From positions 98,646 to 162,645 of the forward strand of contig DUSS01000009.1 in assembly GCA_012842495.1 (NCBI GenBank): DNA of 64,000 bases, read 5' to 3'. Position 1 is the stretch's first letter. Each line of letters opens with the position of its first letter. The position numbers and the translations under genes are program-made. This DNA is from Candidatus Fermentithermobacillaceae bacterium. Lineage in GTDB: Bacteria; Bacillota; Sulfobacillia; Fermentithermobacillales; DUSS01. Positions 59,406 through 64,000 of the stretch are shown here, piece by piece. A model generated the notes under the pieces. It did not search any database. It was not told the origin of the DNA and saw nothing but the letters and a program-made list of their open reading frames with translations.

Positions 59406-61694
59406 TCATGATAGGACAAGCGCTCGTAACCATGTGTCTCTAAGGGCACGCGTTTCGATGTCGAGAAGCGTCCTCACCTGCGCTCCTTCGCGAGCCCGGA
59501 CCATAATGCGGCCTCCTTTGACCCGGCCCAACACGGTCAGAGGCAAATCGAGCGACCGGGCAAGGGCCGTGAGTTCCGGAAGGTTTGACTCGGGAAACGA
59601 CACGACCGCAGCCACAACCGCTTCTCCGAAAAGCACCGCGTCAAGGCGATGATTTTCGCCTGGCGAAATCTCGATTTCCGCTCCGCTAACGGGGGAAAAC
59701 GACGTGAGGTCGCTCGACGGCCCAAAGGAGCTCTCGGCCAACGCCGCCAGGATCCCTCCGTGAGACACGTCCGTAGCTGACGAATAGAGCCCCTTCTCCG
59801 CCCCGCGCACCAGCGCCTCTACAAGGTTTCTCGCGAGTCCGAGGTCGGGTTCAGCGGGCTTTCCCCCGACCAGCCCGAAGCATCGCTCCAGGTACTCGCT
59901 TCCGGCCAGGTGCGACGGTTCTCCCGGCATCTCTCCAATGACGGCCACTATGTCTCCTTCCCGGTTAAACCAGGGCGACACTCGCTTTTTGATATCGTCT
60001 AGGAGTCCAACCATTCCCACGACGGGTGTGGGATATATGGCTTCTCCCTCGGTTTCGTTATAAAAGCTGACGTTCCCTCCGGTGATGGGCGTCCCCAGCT
60101 GCCGGCACGCCTCGGCCATTCCGGCCACGGCCTCTTCGAACTGCCAGAAAACTTCGGGGTCCTCCGGGTTTCCGAAATTCAAGCAGTTGGTTATGCCGAT
60201 GGGCCTTGCACCGGTAACCGCGACGTTCAGAGCTGACTCAACAACCGCCCACATTCCGCCGGCCCGGGGGTTCAGGTAAGTGATTCGTCCGTTGCCATCC
60301 GTGGAGACGACAACCCCTTTGCGGGTTCCTTTGACTCTGAGGACCGCCGCACCCGAACCCGGTCCCGCCACCGTATCAGTCCTTACCATGTAATCGTACT
60401 GCCTCCAGACAGGAGCTTTTGAAGCTACCGTCGGTGCGCTGATCACCTTGAACGCAGCATCGGGCAGGGGTGGCACGGGTAGAGATTCCAGTTCAAAACA
60501 AGAAGTCTCGCGAAGGTACCGCGGTTCGCTCGAAGGCGGTTGGTAAACGGGAGCACCCTCCGCCAGCAGTTTCGCGGGAATCCTCGCCACTTCTATACCG
60601 TTTTCTTTCACTACGAGATCCCCCGTGTCGGTAACTTTGCCTATCACCGCCGCGCAAAGCCCCCATTTCCTGGCGATCTCTCCCACAACCGGCGCTTTAT
60701 CAGGCGCAACTATCAGGAGCATCCTTTCCTGACTCTCGGACAGCATCACTTCGTAAGGGGTCATCCCTTCTTCCCTGGTAGGAACCTGCCGGATTTCGAT
60801 CTCCATGCCGGTGCCGGCCCTCGCAGCTGTTTCCGCACACGAAGAGGTAATCCCGGCGGCACCCATATCCTGAATACCGATGACCGCGCCGGTCCTCATC
60901 ATCTCAAGGCAGGCTTCTATCAAAAGCTTTTCCATGAACGGGTCCCCCACCTGGACGTTGGGCCTCTTGGACTCGGAGTCTTCAGCGAGCTCCTCGGATG
61001 CGAACGTGCATCCGTGGATGCCGTCACGCCCGGTGGAATGGCCGACGATCATCACCAGGTTGCCCGGCCCCGAGGCGCGTCCCCGGAAGATCTCGTCGTG
61101 CCTCAGTATGCCGAGACACATCACGTTACAGAGGGGATTGGAGCGGTAGCACCTAGAAAATTCCACTTCGCCTCCGACCGTGGGTATCCCCAGGCAATTA
61201 CCGTAAAACGATATTCCCGAAACCACTCCCTGGAACAAAAAGGCCGAACGGGGGTCGTCAGGGGGCCCAAACCTCAGTGGATCGAAAAGAGCCATGGGTC
61301 TTGCTCCCATGGCGAGAATGTCCCGCACTATGCCTCCGACGCCCGTGGCGGCGCCCTGAAACGGCTCCACTGCGCACGGGTGGTTGTGAGATTCCATCTT
61401 GAAGGCGACCGCGAGACCGTCACCGATATCCAGGACACCGGCGTTTTCTCCGGGACCCACGAGAACGCGGGGGCCTTCGGTGGGAAGCCTTCTCAGTACC
61501 GCTCTGGAATGCTTGTAGGCGCAGTGCTCAGACCACAAAACTGCGAACATCCCGAGTTCCGTATAGTTAGGCTCGCGACCGAGTTTTTCCACGATCATCC
61601 GGTACTCGTGGTCCTTGAGGCCCATTTCCCTCCAGGGACACGAAGCCACAGTGGATTCGCTCTTCAACGCAAATCCCTCCATCGCATGGGACAC
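59406..61694 (-). CDS. purL: phosphoribosylformylglycinamidine synthase subunit PurL
   Basis: 762 aa; duplicated AIRS-like domains and PurL motifs throughout. Confidence 0.9.
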   Translation of the reverse strand: MSHAMEGFALKSESTVASCPWREMGLKDHEYRMIVEKLGREPNYTELGMFAVLWSEHCAYKHSRAVLRRLPTEGPRVLVGPGENAGVLDIGDGLAVAFKMESHNHPCAVEPFQGAATGVGGIVRDILAMGARPMALFDPLRFGPPDDPRSAFLFQGVVSGISFYGNCLGIPTVGGEVEFSRCYRSNPLCNVMCLGILRHDEIFRGRASGPGNLVMIVGHSTGRDGIHGCTFASEELAEDSESKRPNVQVGDPFMEKLLIEACLEMMRTGAVIGIQDMGAAGITSSCAETAARAGTGMEIEIRQVPTREEGMTPYEVMLSESQERMLLIVAPDKAPVVGEIARKWGLCAAVIGKVTDTGDLVVKENGIEVARIPAKLLAEGAPVYQPPSSEPRYLRETSCFELESLPVPPLPDAAFKVISAPTVASKAPVWRQYDYMVRTDTVAGPGSGAAVLRVKGTRKGVVVSTDGNGRITYLNPRAGGMWAVVESALNVAVTGARPIGITNCLNFGNPEDPEVFWQFEEAVAGMAEACRQLGTPITGGNVSFYNETEGEAIYPTPVVGMVGLLDDIKKRVSPWFNREGDIVAVIGEMPGEPSHLAGSEYLERCFGLVGGKPAEPDLGLARNLVEALVRGAEKGLYSSATDVSHGGILAALAESSFGPSSDLTSFSPVSGAEIEISPGENHRLDAVLFGEAVVAAVVSFPESNLPELTALARSLDLPLTVLGRVKGGRIMVRAREGAQVRTLLDIETRALRDTWLRALVLS

Positions 61695-61721
61695 CGCCCC
61701 AGAGATTCGAGCGGATGCGGG

Positions 61722-62417
61722 TTAACTGTAGTACCTGACTACCGACTGGAACACCCTAAGGCCGTCCTCTCCCCCGAGAATGCGTTCGGAACAGCGTTCC
61801 GGGTGCGGCATCATGCCCAGGACGTTCCCTCGTTCGTTAACGATGCCGGCTATGTTGAGGAGGGCGCCGTTAGGATTGGACTCCTTGCCAGGCCGGCCGG
61901 ACTCGTCGACGTACGTGAAGGTTATCCCCCCGCGCTTTTTGAGCGCTTCGAGGGACTCTTTCTCCAGCACGTAATTGCCTTCGTGGTGCGCGACGGGCAT
62001 CCTCACCACCTCACCCCGGCGGTATTCCAGGGTGAACGGCGTACCGGCGTTGTCAACCCTCAGGTTGACCCATCCGCACCGGAACTCGAGACAATCGTTG
62101 GGCAGCATAGCTCCGGGAAGAAGCCCGGATTCAAGCAGAATCTGAAAGCCGTTGCATATCCCGAGAACCAGGCCTCCGTCGTGGGCATACTCTTCCACCC
62201 CGCGCATGACCGGGGAAAAGCGGGCGAGCGCCCCCGCCCTAAGGTAGTCACCGTAAGAAAAGCCACCCGGCAAAACGATGCACTGGTATCTAGAGACATC
62301 GGTTTCTTCGTGCCATACGTAATCCACCGGCTGGCCGAGCACGTCGCGGATGACGTGGTAGACGTCGGAATCGCAATTGGACCCGGGAAAAACCACTACA
62401 CCGAACCTTACAGTCAC
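61722..62417 (-). CDS. purQ: phosphoribosylformylglycinamidine synthase subunit PurQ (glutaminase)
   Basis: 231 aa class I GATase; catalytic Cys in GICNGFQIL. Confidence 0.9.
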   Translation of the reverse strand: MTVRFGVVVFPGSNCDSDVYHVIRDVLGQPVDYVWHEETDVSRYQCIVLPGGFSYGDYLRAGALARFSPVMRGVEEYAHDGGLVLGICNGFQILLESGLLPGAMLPNDCLEFRCGWVNLRVDNAGTPFTLEYRRGEVVRMPVAHHEGNYVLEKESLEALKKRGGITFTYVDESGRPGKESNPNGALLNIAGIVNERGNVLGMMPHPERCSERILGGEDGLRVFQSVVRYYS

Positions 62418-62686
62418 CGCGAAATCGGCACCTCCACCAGGGAAATCTCGTAGGTCTCCGTAACAGGATTGGCCAGAAGCCGCCGGGCCATATCCGTAAG
62501 TTTCTCCCGGGCTTCTCTCTCGTCTTGAGCTTCGACGTAAACGACGATGTGCTTACCCATACGCACTTTGCTCACAGACGAAAATCCCATGGCCACAAGG
62601 GAGTTTTTGACGGCCTCACCCTGGGGGTCGAAGATGCTTTCCTTTAAGGTCACGACCACGGTACCCCTGTACCTCACCAGCAACAC
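62414..62686 (-). CDS. purS: phosphoribosylformylglycinamidine synthase subunit PurS
   Basis: [19 protein letters not shown]... is the PurS signature. The true start is uncertain; the 5' end overlaps the tandem-repeat array. Confidence 0.75.
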   Translation of the reverse strand: MLLVRYRGTVVVTLKESIFDPQGEAVKNSLVAMGFSSVSKVRMGKHIVVYVEAQDEREAREKLTDMARRLLANPVTETYEISLVEVPISR

Positions 62687-62814
62687 CCCCTGTACCTCGC
62701 CGAGCGGCGTCTCCCGTATCTCACGGGCAGCACCCCATGCACCTGACGGGCGGCATCTCCTGTATCTCTTGAGCAGCGGCTTGTATGCCTCACGAGCAGT
62801 CCTGTCCCCTCAGG
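62664..62814. repeat. array of ~6 degenerate ~21-25-nt tandem repeats in the purC–purS spacer
   Basis: Plus-strand units: cccctgtacctcaccagcaacac / cccctgtacctcgccgagcggcgtct / cccgtatctcacgggcagcac / cccatgcacctgacgggcggcatct / cctgtatctcttgagcagcggct / tgtatgcctcacgagcagt. On the coding (minus) strand these are purine-rich GAGRUACAGGGG-like units. Confidence 0.6.
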
Positions 62815-63586
62815 CGGTTTGACAAACTCTTCGATAGACTTCCGCGTAAGCTTCCTCTACCTTCCCCAGGTCCCTCCGGAACCTATCCTTGTCAAGCTTC
62901 TCATGGGTGCCCACGTCCCAAAGACGGCATGTGTCCGGAGAAATCTCGTCTCCCAGGATGATCCGGGAACCGGCGGGGTACTGCTTCTCCCCCTCGACAT
63001 GCGAAGCTCCGGCCGCCTTGAACTTCCCGAATTCCAGTTTAGAGTCGACTAGCTCGAGACCGCGTTCGAGAAAATATGACCTTAAAACCGAATTGACCTC
63101 AAGCGCGAGCTCCCTCAAAGCGATACACTCGTGCGGGGTAGCGAAGCCGAACGCTATGGCGTGGTCCGCACATATCATAGGATCACCCAGCTCGTCCGAT
63201 TTGTAGTAAAACTCGACTATGGGCGAAGGCAATCTCTCTCCTTCGGGTCTTCCCAACCTCTTTGAAAGGCTTCCGGCGACTATGTTCCGCACGACCACTT
63301 CCACCGGGATTATATCCAGGGCCCGGACAAGCATTGTCCTGTCATTTACGAGCTTCACAAAGTGCGTGGGGATGCCTTGCCTCTGTAGAACCTGAAAAAG
63401 CTTCGCTGAAATTTGAGCGTTATAAAACCCTTTATCCCGGATGAGCCCCTTTTTCTTCCCATCAAACGCGGTGGCGGTGTCTTTGAAAACCATCAAGTAC
63501 TCGTCGGGCTTGTCCGTTGCAAGCACGATTTTTGCTTTACCCTCGTACAGTTTTTGAGCGTCCGTGCTCAAAAGACTCACCCCCAT
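62810..63586 (-). CDS. purC: phosphoribosylaminoimidazole-succinocarboxamide synthase (SAICAR synthetase)
   Basis: LYEGKAKIV..., full PurC motifs. Confidence 0.85.
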   Translation of the reverse strand: MGVSLLSTDAQKLYEGKAKIVLATDKPDEYLMVFKDTATAFDGKKKGLIRDKGFYNAQISAKLFQVLQRQGIPTHFVKLVNDRTMLVRALDIIPVEVVVRNIVAGSLSKRLGRPEGERLPSPIVEFYYKSDELGDPMICADHAIAFGFATPHECIALRELALEVNSVLRSYFLERGLELVDSKLEFGKFKAAGASHVEGEKQYPAGSRIILGDEISPDTCRLWDVGTHEKLDKDRFRRDLGKVEEAYAEVYRRVCQTA

Positions 63587-63768
63587 GGATGCTCCCTGTT
63601 ATCCACGCTCGGCGGTGTTCCCACCACGCCGCCCGGCCACGCCAATAGCGTCCGACGCTTCTCTCTGTTTGAGCAGTACCCGCCTACTTGAACTGGGTCG
63701 AGCCGTTCAAACCAGTCTCAGTTGCTTAACTACACGCGGTTGTCAGTTGCCACACTATACCTGACTGT

Positions 63769-64000
63769 TCAGCTAAGGCCCAGCCGCCTGAAGATCTCCT
63801 CCGCCCTGGAAGTTGCCTTTTTCAGGTCAAAACATTTCTGGATCGATTCGAAGGAAAGGCGTTCCCTGATCTCCGGAGACTGGAAAACTCTTTCCATGAA
63901 AGAGGGTGGTCCTTCCCACGCTTTCATGGCAAGGTCCTGTACGATCCGGTAGGCATGTTCTCTCGCCATGCCCGTTTCGACCAGAGCCAGCAGGACCTCC
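63769..64000 (-). CDS. purB: adenylosuccinate lyase, C-terminal part (gene continues beyond the window)
   Basis: MAREHAYRIVQDLAMKAWEG...FESIQKCFDLK matches the PurB C-terminus; purine operon context. Confidence 0.7.
   Translation of the reverse strand, partial: EVLLALVETGMAREHAYRIVQDLAMKAWEGPPSFMERVFQSPEIRERLSFESIQKCFDLKKATSRAEEIFRRLGLS

Noticed and set aside
63587-63768. Possible purine riboswitch or PurR box in the purB–purC spacer
   Set aside because: The sequence does not match the guanine/adenine aptamer core (no UAUA…UCGGG…CCGUAAAU pattern). Only a TTGAAC-N11-GTTCAA dyad is present; its significance is unclear.

Overview
High-GC chromosomal segment of a Gram-positive (Firmicutes/Clostridia-like, probably thermophilic) anaerobe; almost all genes are on the minus strand. 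From 1 to ~11.2 kb it holds a conserved housekeeping block on the minus strand (upstream to downstream): mIHF-like DNA-binding protein, remA, gmk, rpoZ, coaBC, priA, a def–fmt in-frame fusion, a Zn-metallopeptidase, rsmB, stp, prkC. An alpha-glucan locus follows: CBM25-like protein, GH15 glucoamylase-like enzyme, DUF4912 protein, GH57 branching enzyme, DUF4097 protein and a B12-binding radical SAM enzyme. Next come ylzJ-like and tepA, then a terminator-delimited operon of four uncharacterised membrane proteins, then mscS, an EamA transporter, dapL and dapF. A second B12-binding radical SAM gene sits beside an unknown exported protein; purA follows. An FMN riboswitch precedes an ECF S-component (ribU). 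A MurNAc/peptidoglycan-recycling cluster contains an internally deleted NamZ/DUF1343 remnant, a BadF-type sugar kinase, a MurQ–AmiE-like serine hydrolase fusion and GH3 nagZ. Further on are birA, nifS with unusual upstream repeats, an ECF sigma/anti-sigma pair with two small ORFs, a HEPN–CBS protein, an MFS transporter, a membrane-anchored amidase-domain protein, dppA and ggt. A tRNA Asn–Met–Glu operon has a consensus promoter. It is followed by a PocR–GAF–HD-GYP phosphodiesterase, a UPF0489 protein and a rearranged patch: a vapBC-type TA pair plus an SLH-domain remnant, flanked by a duplicated alcohol-dehydrogenase 3' end. The window ends with purL, purQ, purS, a degenerate tandem-repeat array, purC and partial purB. 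No CRISPR array, transposase or integrase was seen. Many long antisense ORFs in the track are GC-driven shadows of real genes. The candidates for an undescribed system are the four-gene membrane-protein operon and the two B12-radical-SAM neighbourhoods.
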